Source: Acholeplasmataceae bacterium UBA5769 (GTDB lineage Bacteria > Bacillota_I > Bacilli_A > Acholeplasmatales > Acholeplasmataceae). From it: DNA of 64,000 bases. This document shows, in pieces, positions 1-9,194 of the stretch (position 1 is the first letter of the stretch; every line of letters starts with the position of its first letter). The notes beneath the pieces were generated by a model, which saw only the letters and a program-made list of their open reading frames with translations, had not been told where the DNA came from and searched no databases. The position numbers were made by a program, and so were the translations under genes. The DNA lies in assembly GCA_002418725.1 (NCBI GenBank), contig DIER01000011.1, positions 19,344 to 83,343 on the forward strand, given 5' to 3'.

Positions 1-1
1 T

Positions 2-634
2 GACCGCAAGATCATAAAAGATATCTTCTACATCTTTAGGGTAATGCGTCATCCCATGGATAGTTTTTATGAGATTAAAAAAGGTCATCGAGCGACCTTG
101 ACTTCAGCTTTGATTCTCTACTTTATCTTGTTCTTGGTTTATTTGAATTTCAGTATCAATAAAGGCTTTATCTATCAATTCGTAGCAGCTGAGGACATGG
201 ACTTATCTGCGATTGTGATCGGGTTCTTCTCGATTACATTGGCTTTAATCATCAGCAACTACTTAGATACTTCGATTCATGATGGTCTTGGCGGTATTAA
301 ACAAATCTTTATTATGTTTATTTATGCTGTTGGTCCCTTAATGGTTGCACTTTTATCAACGACGATGCTCTCGTTTGTCTTAACGTATAACGAAGTTTTC
401 TTCCTTGATTTATTGATGTTCATTGGGATTGGATGGAGTTTCGTCAATATCTTCCTAGGTATTATTGAGATTCATGATTATACCGCAAAACAAACCATTA
501 AAAGCTTATTGATGACCGTTTTATTTACCATCATTATCGCCGTTGTTATCATCATCCTAGTGATGATGTGGGAACAACTTTACATGTTCTTAGAAGCACT
601 GATCAAGGAGGTGATTCGCAATGTTATTTCCTAA
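2..634 (+). CDS. YIP1-like multi-pass membrane protein, C-terminal part (5' truncated by window)
   Basis: Frame is open from base 2 (DRKIIKDIFYIFRVMRHPMDSFYEIK), so ATG 44 is probably internal. About five hydrophobic segments. HPxDxFYxIK resembles the start of the YIP1 domain in NHL/YIP1 proteins of Firmicute sugar loci. Stop overlaps the next start. Confidence 0.65.
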   Translation, partial: DRKIIKDIFYIFRVMRHPMDSFYEIKKGHRATLTSALILYFILFLVYLNFSINKGFIYQFVAAEDMDLSAIVIGFFSITLALIISNYLDTSIHDGLGGIKQIFIMFIYAVGPLMVALLSTTMLSFVLTYNEVFFLDLLMFIGIGWSFVNIFLGIIEIHDYTAKQTIKSLLMTVLFTIIIAVVIIILVMMWEQLYMFLEALIKEVIRNVIS

Positions 635-3020
635 AAAAAGAATCTTAATCATTGTGTTATTCTTCCTTTTTTCATTCACCGTAAATGCAGCATATATCGA
701 ATCATCGAAAGATACGAAAATGCCACCCGATACATACTCCTATATCATTGATGAACCCACCGATATGCAGTTTTTAGCAGAAGTTGGTGATCTGACGTTT
801 TATTATCGTGATTCAAGAGATGTTTTCGCGATTTATGACACAAGAAATGGCTATACCTGGAAGACAGGTTTAGACATTGCCGGTGAAGATGAATTAAAAG
901 ATGCTTGTGAAGCACTCTTTGCACAAGAAGTGCCACCGACAGAAGAAGAAATTGATCAGGTGTGTTTACCTTTCGAAGATTTCATGAATACGCGATTTGA
1001 AGCATTTTCAAATTCACTTTTAACACTTGAGTATTACAACAACTCCAATAACGTCAACAGAACACCATCAACGCATCCTACGGAAGCTGGTTTTTCAACG
1101 CTGATGATGGTCAATAATGACCCCACACATTACCGTTTAGAAATTCCTTTTTACGTGGTTGATGTGACGGTTTATGTTCACATTTATTTGACTCCTGAAG
1201 GATTAAGCTTAGAAATAAGAGATGATGAATTAGAAGGAAGAGATTTAAACCTGATCTCATCATTTATCTTAACACCACTGATGGGAGCATCAGGAGGTGC
1301 GACTATATCGTTTAATAAAGAGACGAATACATACGGAAGAGCAGCAGATGCTGTTAAAAAGCCGCAAATACCAGGGTATATCTTTGTACCTGATGGCAGT
1401 GGTTCTTTAATTCGTTTCCAAGATTATGCAACCAGTATTGCATCTTACTATGGAAGTATTTATGGTAAAGATTTAAGCACACAAACTTATCATGAACAAG
1501 TTGAAACCACATTTGTTCCACTGAAAGAACCCGGACTACCCCTCTACGGTATTGCCCATGGTAACCGTCAAGCGGCTTTCTTTGCACATGCAACGAGTGG
1601 TGCTGAGCATATGGAACTTGTTGTTTCTCCGCAAAATGGGATTGCGCCTAACCGTTCTGGTTATACGTTTGCTTTTGCTAGATTTAATTACAACACCTTG
1701 ATATATCAAGTGTATAACAATGCAGGAGCAGGTTATACCACGATGATGAGTGAACGTCCGAAATACGATATTAAACAACATTACATTTTCTTAGCAGGTG
1801 ACGGATCAACCGATGGTTATCCAGCAGATTATGTGGGTATGGCTAAAAAATATAGAGATATCTTAATTGAAAATGATGTGTTAAAACCTCTTACAGATAC
1901 CCCTGAACACATGCCCATTCGCCTTGATTTTATCATGGCTGATGCCATGGATTCACTGGTTGGAACAACCGATGTTGTTGTCACCACGATTGATCAGGTC
2001 AAAGAGATCTTATCAAAACTTCAAGACGATGGCATTTATAACATTAATTCTGGACTTTATGGTTATCAAAAAGGTGGAATCACGCTTGGTAAGAAAGATA
2101 AACCAAGATTTGTTTCTAGTATTGGGACAAAACGCGAATTTGACCACGTGATTGAAGATCTTAATGAAAAGGGAATTGATGTTTCATTAGCCATGGATTA
2201 TACGACCATCTACAAAGAACAGATGGCTCTCATTGGAAATGCGACCAAACATGCCAATGGTTGGTACATCAGAGAATATTTAAGAAATGAAGTCGGTCCA
2301 GTCAGTGAACGCTATTTTGCAAGACCTAGACTTGTCGCTTCATGGATTTTATCGCATGAAAAAGCAACCAGAAGTTTAGGGTTATCCAGTTATACCTATG
2401 AAGGTGTGACCAACACCCTTTACAGTGATTTCGGTAAAAATGGGGCATCCATAACCGATACGATGGGGCTCTACCAAGATGCATTAGCGCAAATCAATCA
2501 ACAATACAAAGTCAATGGTGTCAAGCCAAACATGTATTTATGGCCATACATTGATCGCTATTTACAAGCACCGATGTTTACCTCTCAGCACTTAATTGAA
2601 ACCGATACTGTACCTTTCTTGCAAATGGTTCTCAATAATACCATGGAAGTATATGCGGTCTATTCAAACTTCTCATTTTATACGCAACAAGATATTTTAC
2701 GCATGATTGATTACAACGTATACCCATCATTTATGCTCACGCATGACCCAGCATACAAACTGATTTCAACAAACTCTTCTAATTTCTATTCCACCGAGTT
2801 TTCACTTTATGAAGATTTGATCCATAACATCTATCATCAAATGAATCGTGCATACGAAGATGTCTTAGGTGCCGAATGGATTGATCGTGAAGTCATTATG
2901 CCAGGCGTCATTGTGAATACCTACGACAATGGGGTTCAAATTGTGATCAATTACACCGAAGATTTAGTTTATTATGATGATAAGGTAGTGACATCGATGT
3001 CCTACCGTGTCATCAGTTAG
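621..3020 (+). CDS. DUF5696-like exported protein (799 aa, glycoside-hydrolase-like fold suspected)
   Basis: N-terminal signal peptide (KKR, hydrophobic core, VNA). Motifs IPGYIFVPDGSGSLIRF, PLYGIAH and PFLQMVL. Lies between a YIP1 gene and ABC permeases, the usual DUF5696 context. Confidence 0.7.
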   Translation: MLFPKKRILIIVLFFLFSFTVNAAYIESSKDTKMPPDTYSYIIDEPTDMQFLAEVGDLTFYYRDSRDVFAIYDTRNGYTWKTGLDIAGEDELKDACEALFAQEVPPTEEEIDQVCLPFEDFMNTRFEAFSNSLLTLEYYNNSNNVNRTPSTHPTEAGFSTLMMVNNDPTHYRLEIPFYVVDVTVYVHIYLTPEGLSLEIRDDELEGRDLNLISSFILTPLMGASGGATISFNKETNTYGRAADAVKKPQIPGYIFVPDGSGSLIRFQDYATSIASYYGSIYGKDLSTQTYHEQVETTFVPLKEPGLPLYGIAHGNRQAAFFAHATSGAEHMELVVSPQNGIAPNRSGYTFAFARFNYNTLIYQVYNNAGAGYTTMMSERPKYDIKQHYIFLAGDGSTDGYPADYVGMAKKYRDILIENDVLKPLTDTPEHMPIRLDFIMADAMDSLVGTTDVVVTTIDQVKEILSKLQDDGIYNINSGLYGYQKGGITLGKKDKPRFVSSIGTKREFDHVIEDLNEKGIDVSLAMDYTTIYKEQMALIGNATKHANGWYIREYLRNEVGPVSERYFARPRLVASWILSHEKATRSLGLSSYTYEGVTNTLYSDFGKNGASITDTMGLYQDALAQINQQYKVNGVKPNMYLWPYIDRYLQAPMFTSQHLIETDTVPFLQMVLNNTMEVYAVYSNFSFYTQQDILRMIDYNVYPSFMLTHDPAYKLISTNSSNFYSTEFSLYEDLIHNIYHQMNRAYEDVLGAEWIDREVIMPGVIVNTYDNGVQIVINYTEDLVYYDDKVVTSMSYRVIS

Positions 3021-3029
3021 GGGGTCAAC

Positions 3030-4061
3030 ATGAAAAAGAAGAAACAAGCTTCAACGTTGACCAAGCATACCAATAAAGCAGCCTATCTTTTTCTGCTTCC
3101 TTGGTTAATCGGATTTCTCATTTTTGTCGCTTATCCATTTTTCTACACCATCTATCTCTCACTTTTCTCAGTGGTTCGAGATGTGACAGGGTGGACCTAT
3201 ACCTTTATCGGTTTAGGCAATTATGAGACAGCCTTCTTTAAGAATACGACATTTTCACCACTGATATTAGACTTTATCATCGTGGAGTTGACGTATGTTC
3301 CTGCCATTTTGGTGCTGTCATTAATCTTGAGTTTACTTTTAAATACAAACATCAAATTTCGTGCAGGGTTTAGAATGATTTATTTCTTCCCTGTGGTTGT
3401 TTTGTCAGGACCGGTGATGTCGCAATTGATGAATTCAAATTCAACGTCTACCATCGACGTCACTGATATCATCGTCTACCGCATGATTGAAAATTTTAGT
3501 CCTTTTATCGCAGAGATGATTGGCGGCATTTTTAACAACTTTACCATGATCTTATGGTTTACGGGTATTCCAATTATCTTGTTTATGAATGGTCTTCAAA
3601 AGATGAATGCACAGCTCTATGAAGCTGCCCAAATTGATGGTGCGAATTCATGGCAGATCTTATGGAAAATAACGTTACCCAACTTGAAATCAACTGCACT
3701 TGTGGTTGCTATCTTTTCAGTTGTCCAAATCGCTATCTTCCAGATCAATCCGATTTATTCCTTCGTTGTAGGTACCATCACAGGCAATTACACGAGAGGT
3801 TTAGGATTTGCAGGAGCAGTCGTCTTGGTTTATTCATTTATCGTCTTGATCTTTGTGGGTATCGTCTTCATGTTACTTAAAGATCGTGATAAGGTGATTT
3901 ATGAAGAATCGCTTCGTGAAAGAAAAGAACGCATGCGTTTAAAGATGGTTAAGTTACAACAACAACGTAACCAAAAATCGTTAAAAACGCAGTTCAAAGA
4001 ACTGTTTGAAAACATGAAACGCAAATTATTCAAGAAGGAGGTGGCTGAACATGATGAGTAA
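3030..4061 (+). CDS. Carbohydrate ABC transporter permease (MalF-like)
   Basis: EAA motif LYEAAQIDGANSWQILWKITLP; multiple TM segments; RBS GGGG. Confidence 0.9.
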   Translation: MKKKKQASTLTKHTNKAAYLFLLPWLIGFLIFVAYPFFYTIYLSLFSVVRDVTGWTYTFIGLGNYETAFFKNTTFSPLILDFIIVELTYVPAILVLSLILSLLLNTNIKFRAGFRMIYFFPVVVLSGPVMSQLMNSNSTSTIDVTDIIVYRMIENFSPFIAEMIGGIFNNFTMILWFTGIPIILFMNGLQKMNAQLYEAAQIDGANSWQILWKITLPNLKSTALVVAIFSVVQIAIFQINPIYSFVVGTITGNYTRGLGFAGAVVLVYSFIVLIFVGIVFMLLKDRDKVIYEESLRERKERMRLKMVKLQQQRNQKSLKTQFKELFENMKRKLFKKEVAEHDE

Positions 4062-5121
4062 ACTTAACATGGTTAAGCTTAAAAAGATTTTTGTTGGACA
4101 CAAAGCAACCTCTGGTATTGTTGGTAAAATTGCGGTATATGCGCTTTTAATTGGCGTCAGCTACATTTTCTTATACCCCTTGATTCGTATGATTTCTCTT
4201 TCATTTTTAACACAAGCAGATATCGTCAATCCTGAGGTTGACTGGATTCCAACTCAACTGAATTTCGCGAATTATGTCGTTGCAAATCGTGTACTGCAGT
4301 TATTTCCACCTTCGCTAGCAACATTTTCAGACAACGCATTCCGCGCTATTTTTGGCATTTTCAAAGATGGTGGGAATTTATGGAAATCGATGAAAAATAC
4401 CGCGATTTTAGCGATTATTCAAACGATTATTGCATCATTTACGGGTTTCGCATTTGCACGTTATGAATTTAAGTTTAAGAAATTTTGGTTCGCGATGGTC
4501 TTGATTTCCTTTATTATTCCCCTACCGATGGTCACCATTCCACGCGTCATGATTTTCTTTGACCTACAGGATACGGTATGGATTCCATTTATTGAACTCA
4601 TTAAAGGCTCCTTCTTAGAATCAATTTTTAAACCTAGATTGTTTAATACGATTTTCCCACAAGCGACTTTAACCTTCTTTGGTCAAGGGATCAATGGGGC
4701 GATCTTAATTCTTATTTTCTATAACTTTTTTAAGATGATTCCAATTTCACTGGATGAAGCTGCACGTATCGATGGCGCGACATCACCTCAAGTGTTTTGG
4801 CATATTTATGTGAAGTTAGTTGTACCTATTATCATTACCGTATTCTTGTTCTCCTTCGTTTGGAACTGGAACGATGTCTATTCCGCACAAGTTTATTATT
4901 GGGATAAAAACCCACTCATTACCACAAGACTTGGTGCATTTGATTCACAGTTTGGCGATCTTGCAGGTGCTATTCCTGGCCAAGGTGGCGAAGCAAGACT
5001 GAATGAGGCATACCGTATGGCTGCGACCTTCTTATCAATCTTACCGTTACTGATTATGTATGTCTTAGCACAACGTAAGTTTATTGAAGGTATTGAACGC
5101 ACCGGTATGACAGGTGAATAG
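4051..5121 (+). CDS. Carbohydrate ABC transporter permease (MalG-like)
   Basis: EAA motif LDEAARIDGA; FSFVWNWND; C-terminal QRKFIEGIERTGMTGE; RBS AAGGAGG. Confidence 0.9.
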   Translation: MMSKLNMVKLKKIFVGHKATSGIVGKIAVYALLIGVSYIFLYPLIRMISLSFLTQADIVNPEVDWIPTQLNFANYVVANRVLQLFPPSLATFSDNAFRAIFGIFKDGGNLWKSMKNTAILAIIQTIIASFTGFAFARYEFKFKKFWFAMVLISFIIPLPMVTIPRVMIFFDLQDTVWIPFIELIKGSFLESIFKPRLFNTIFPQATLTFFGQGINGAILILIFYNFFKMIPISLDEAARIDGATSPQVFWHIYVKLVVPIIITVFLFSFVWNWNDVYSAQVYYWDKNPLITTRLGAFDSQFGDLAGAIPGQGGEARLNEAYRMAATFLSILPLLIMYVLAQRKFIEGIERTGMTGE

Positions 5122-5122
5122 A

Positions 5123-6025
5123 ATGAAAAAAACATATATCAGTATGCTGATGATCCTTTTTATCATGGGATTATCAGCATGCCAGAATAACGATACCCCT
5201 ACACCACCAGAAGAAACTGATTACTCACTTTGTAAGGCTGCAGGGTATGACTATGATCCAACACTCATCGATGATTATGAGCTGGTTTGGTCTGATGAGT
5301 TTGATGTGGATGGTACGATTGATAAAACCAAGTGGGGCTACGATATCGGTGGCTCTGGATGGGGAAATAATGAACTTCAATATTACACGCAAGACTTAAA
5401 TTCCTGGGTAGAAGATGGCAAAATGGTCATTGAAGCCAGAAAAGAAAACTACATGGGAAGAAACTATACATCTGCCCGCGTGATTAGCAAAAACAAAGGT
5501 GATTTTCTCTATGGTCGAATCGATATCATGGCGAAACTTCCCTCCGGTCGTGGCACATGGCCAGCGATTTGGATGCTGCCGACCGATTGGCGTTATGGTG
5601 GATGGCCAAACAGTGGCGAAATTGATATCATGGAGCACGTTGGTTATGATCAAAACAAAGTCCATGGTTCCATTCATACCAAGATATTTAATCATAAATT
5701 AGGGACCCAACGTTCTGGCACGAGGATCATTGAAACAGCGTCTACTGAATTTCATAAATACAGCATTGAGTGGTTACCAGATCGCATCAAGTTTTTTATC
5801 GATGACCACAACTATTTTACCTTTCATCCGAACCGTCAAGTCGATTGTCCAACCTCTGGACAGTGGCCTTTTGACATGCGTTTCCATTTGTTATTAAACA
5901 TTGCCATTGGCGGTGATTGGGGTGGAGCACAAGGTGTTGACGATGAAATTTTTCCACAGCGCATGGAAATTGACTATGTCAGAGTATATCAATCAGAATT
6001 TATTACGAACTTACAGAAGGGATAG
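5123..6025 (+). CDS. GH16 endo-beta-1,3-glucanase (laminarinase-like), lipoprotein
   Basis: Catalytic EIDIME motif; WSDEF, WGNNELQYY and WPAIWML. Lipobox LSAC. Start placed at ATG 5123 (track start is GTG 5114). Confidence 0.9.
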   Translation: MKKTYISMLMILFIMGLSACQNNDTPTPPEETDYSLCKAAGYDYDPTLIDDYELVWSDEFDVDGTIDKTKWGYDIGGSGWGNNELQYYTQDLNSWVEDGKMVIEARKENYMGRNYTSARVISKNKGDFLYGRIDIMAKLPSGRGTWPAIWMLPTDWRYGGWPNSGEIDIMEHVGYDQNKVHGSIHTKIFNHKLGTQRSGTRIIETASTEFHKYSIEWLPDRIKFFIDDHNYFTFHPNRQVDCPTSGQWPFDMRFHLLLNIAIGGDWGGAQGVDDEIFPQRMEIDYVRVYQSEFITNLQKG

Positions 6026-6033
6026 GTGTCAAA

Positions 6034-9000
6034 ATGTCATCTTCATTTACATTTAAAGAAGGACGTCTTTGGATTGATCGTTATGATCAAAAAAAGCCGT
6101 TTGCTTCATTTTTACCAGGTGTTGCTGGAAAGTATGGTATTCCCATGTGGGTGTACTATGTCAACAGGGGACAACTCATTTCAAGCTTTGGTCTTGAATC
6201 GAAAGATCAACCCATGCTTGACTTTAGTCCTGCAAACATGGCGTATCGCAGAACAGAAATTGATGGATTTCGAACATTATTAAAAGTTAATGGAAAACTT
6301 TACGAACCCTTTAGTTCGACACAAAATCAAAAACGACGGATGTTCATTGAAATGAACGCGATCGGTTTAGTTGAAGAACAAGAAACCTTTAGCATTGAAG
6401 TCAAATATGTAAACGTCGTGGAACAACCTTATCCTGGTTTAGTCAGAAAAGTAAATATTACCAACAAGACTTCATCGCCGTTAAAAGTTGAAATCATTGA
6501 TGGACTCGCAACGCTTTGGCCATTTGGAACCAATCAGTTTATGATCAAAAACATGAGCAATCTTGCGGTTGCTTGGTTTGATGTGTTTAATCAGGAAAGA
6601 AAAATGCCTTTACTGAAGAACCGTTCAACAACAGAAGATACAACCGAAGTGGAAGGCGTTGAAGCAGGACATTTCTATGTATCTCTTGACGAGCACAATG
6701 AAAAACTGGATGTCATCTATGATCCAACCCTACCTTTTGGTTTTGATACAGCTTTAAGAGAAGCAAAACGTTTTAGTGAGTATGCACTTTCTGACTTATT
6801 AAAAGAAGAACAAGTCTCTGTCAATCAATTGATGAGTGCTTTTTCAGCGAAAGCATTGACTTTAAACGATGCCTATACATTCTATACCCTCTTTGGTAAA
6901 GTGAATCACATGGATGAACTCCATGCACTAGAGCAATCTTTGACTTTCCAAAAACTTTCTGAAAACGAGAAGAATGCTGAACGTTTAATCGATGAAATCA
7001 CAAAACCATTGACGATCAAAACGAATTACCCCATCTTTGATGCTTACATGAAACAAAGCTTTTTGGATAATTTATTACGTGGTGGTTACCCCTTGGTTTT
7101 TAAAGGTAAAGACCAAGATATCATTTATCACATCTATTCACGTATCCATGGCGACATGGAACGCGAATACAACAATTTCTACGTTGAACCAGCTTATTTC
7201 TCACACGGAAATGGCTCTTATCGTGACGTAAATCAAAACAGAAGAAATGATGCCTACTTCGTTCCTGAAGCAGCTCTTTTTAACATTCGTCAATTTATGG
7301 ATCTCATTCAAGTAGATGGACATAACCCTTTGACGATTCAAGGAAGCAAACTTGTCATTGAAAAAGAAGATGTAGCATCTCTTGTCAAAGGATTTAAAGA
7401 AAGTGATCAAAAACGTATCGAAAAGATACTCTCACAACCCTTTACACCAGGTGCATTGATGACACATATCGATCATCATGGTGTTTCATTACCTATGAGT
7501 AGAGATGAATTTCTTAAGAAAGTGATGCTTGTATCTAGACAAGAGATTCAATCGGTTTATGGCACTGGTTATTGGTCCGATCACTGGATGTATAACATGG
7601 ATTTAATCGATTCTTATTTAAATATTTATCCAGATCGCTTAAGATCATTGATGTTAACCAAACAGTATCGTTTCTACCAAAACCATATCTCTGTTTATCC
7701 AAGAAGTATCAAGTATGTCATCAACTCAAAAGGTGAAGTTAGACAACTTGAACCACTTTTCCATGACCACGAAAAGGTAAGTAAGACCAAACTAGTCGTC
7801 AATCAAACCAATTTCCAAAAGAACACGAGAGGTGAAATTGTCAAGGTTGATCTATTAACCAAACTCATCCATTTAGCACTCATCAAATTTAGTAGTTTAG
7901 ACCCTGAACTGATCGGTATCATGATGGACAGCGAAAAGCCGGGTTGGAATGATGCGATGAATGGTTTACCTGCCATCTTTGGATCAGGTGTCACCGAAAC
8001 GTTAACCTTAAAGAGACTTATTGTTTTCTTAATGGAATCTCTACCCATGCTTGAAGAAGATAGTTTCCATATGCACGTTGAATTTGTAAACTTCTTCAAA
8101 GAAGTTGTTCAAGGAGCTAAAGAAGGCTTTGATAAGTTACAAGATACACGTGAGCATTTTGTTGAACTCACAAGATTCTTCTTAGATACACATGAAGTAA
8201 ACATCACCACTAAAGAGATCCTTGAAGGTCTTCATATCATGCATCAAACCATCTTAAAAGGGCTTGATAAGGCTAAAAAAATTGGTAATGGTTTATTGCC
8301 AACCTATTTAACATACCATGCCACTTCATATAAAGAAAATGGCGGGAAACACCCAGTACTTCAATATCCTACGGTTCAAGTTACAGCATGGAGCGTGAGA
8401 ATGTTACCTCATTACTTGGAAGCCCCTGCAACGTATATGAAGCAACTTCATGATCCAAAAGAAGCAAAAGAAATGTATGAGATGATCAAAAAAACAGAGA
8501 TGTATGATAAAAAACTAGGTCTTTATCAAACATCATGTTCATTAGATAATGAAACACTTGAAATTGGAAGAGCGAGAGCTTTCACCAAAGGATGGTTGGA
8601 GCGTGAAGCATGCTTCATGCACATGGCATATAAATATTTGATTGGTATTCTTAAGAGTGGTTTATATGAAGAATATTATCAGGATATGAAAACATCGATG
8701 CCACCATTTATGGATCCTGAAGTGTACGGCAGATCACCACTTGAAAATGCATCGTTTATCGCGACATCAAGCAATCCAAACCAACAAAATCACGGTCGTG
8801 GTTTTGTCGCAAGATTAACTGGAACAACTTCAGAAGCGATGACGCTTTTGATGCTGATGATGACTGGTAAAAAACTGTTTAGCTATCAACATCAAGTGTT
8901 AAGATTCCAAATTAAGCCCATTTTAACTGCTGATTTCTTTGATGCGCAAAACGAGGTTTCTTTTACCCTGTTTGAGTCTGTTCATGTTAAGGTCATCAAC

Positions 9001-9162
9001 CCAGAAAGAAAAGATACCTTTAAGGGCTTGAAGCCGGTATCCTATCGCCTAGAAAATGATGTAGATTCTGTCGTTATTGAAGGTGAATATATCGAAGGAC
9101 ATCTTGCGGAACAAGTAAGAAATAAACACTTTAAAAACATCATCGTTACACTTAAGTCTTAA
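6034..9162 (+). CDS. Beta-1,3-glucan phosphorylase, GH161-like (1042 aa)
   Basis: Motifs FLPGVAGKYGIPMWVYYVNRGQ, RIHGDMEREYN, YRDVNQNRR, GYWSDHW, KPGWNDAMNGLP and GWLEREACFMHM match my recollection of GH161 rather than GH94 or GH149. No signal peptide. Confidence 0.8.
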   Translation: MSSSFTFKEGRLWIDRYDQKKPFASFLPGVAGKYGIPMWVYYVNRGQLISSFGLESKDQPMLDFSPANMAYRRTEIDGFRTLLKVNGKLYEPFSSTQNQKRRMFIEMNAIGLVEEQETFSIEVKYVNVVEQPYPGLVRKVNITNKTSSPLKVEIIDGLATLWPFGTNQFMIKNMSNLAVAWFDVFNQERKMPLLKNRSTTEDTTEVEGVEAGHFYVSLDEHNEKLDVIYDPTLPFGFDTALREAKRFSEYALSDLLKEEQVSVNQLMSAFSAKALTLNDAYTFYTLFGKVNHMDELHALEQSLTFQKLSENEKNAERLIDEITKPLTIKTNYPIFDAYMKQSFLDNLLRGGYPLVFKGKDQDIIYHIYSRIHGDMEREYNNFYVEPAYFSHGNGSYRDVNQNRRNDAYFVPEAALFNIRQFMDLIQVDGHNPLTIQGSKLVIEKEDVASLVKGFKESDQKRIEKILSQPFTPGALMTHIDHHGVSLPMSRDEFLKKVMLVSRQEIQSVYGTGYWSDHWMYNMDLIDSYLNIYPDRLRSLMLTKQYRFYQNHISVYPRSIKYVINSKGEVRQLEPLFHDHEKVSKTKLVVNQTNFQKNTRGEIVKVDLLTKLIHLALIKFSSLDPELIGIMMDSEKPGWNDAMNGLPAIFGSGVTETLTLKRLIVFLMESLPMLEEDSFHMHVEFVNFFKEVVQGAKEGFDKLQDTREHFVELTRFFLDTHEVNITTKEILEGLHIMHQTILKGLDKAKKIGNGLLPTYLTYHATSYKENGGKHPVLQYPTVQVTAWSVRMLPHYLEAPATYMKQLHDPKEAKEMYEMIKKTEMYDKKLGLYQTSCSLDNETLEIGRARAFTKGWLEREACFMHMAYKYLIGILKSGLYEEYYQDMKTSMPPFMDPEVYGRSPLENASFIATSSNPNQQNHGRGFVARLTGTTSEAMTLLMLMMTGKKLFSYQHQVLRFQIKPILTADFFDAQNEVSFTLFESVHVKVINPERKDTFKGLKPVSYRLENDVDSVVIEGEYIEGHLAEQVRNKHFKNIIVTLKS

Positions 9163-9194
9163 TTAAGGGGGGCACGGTTTAACGTGCAGAAAGT

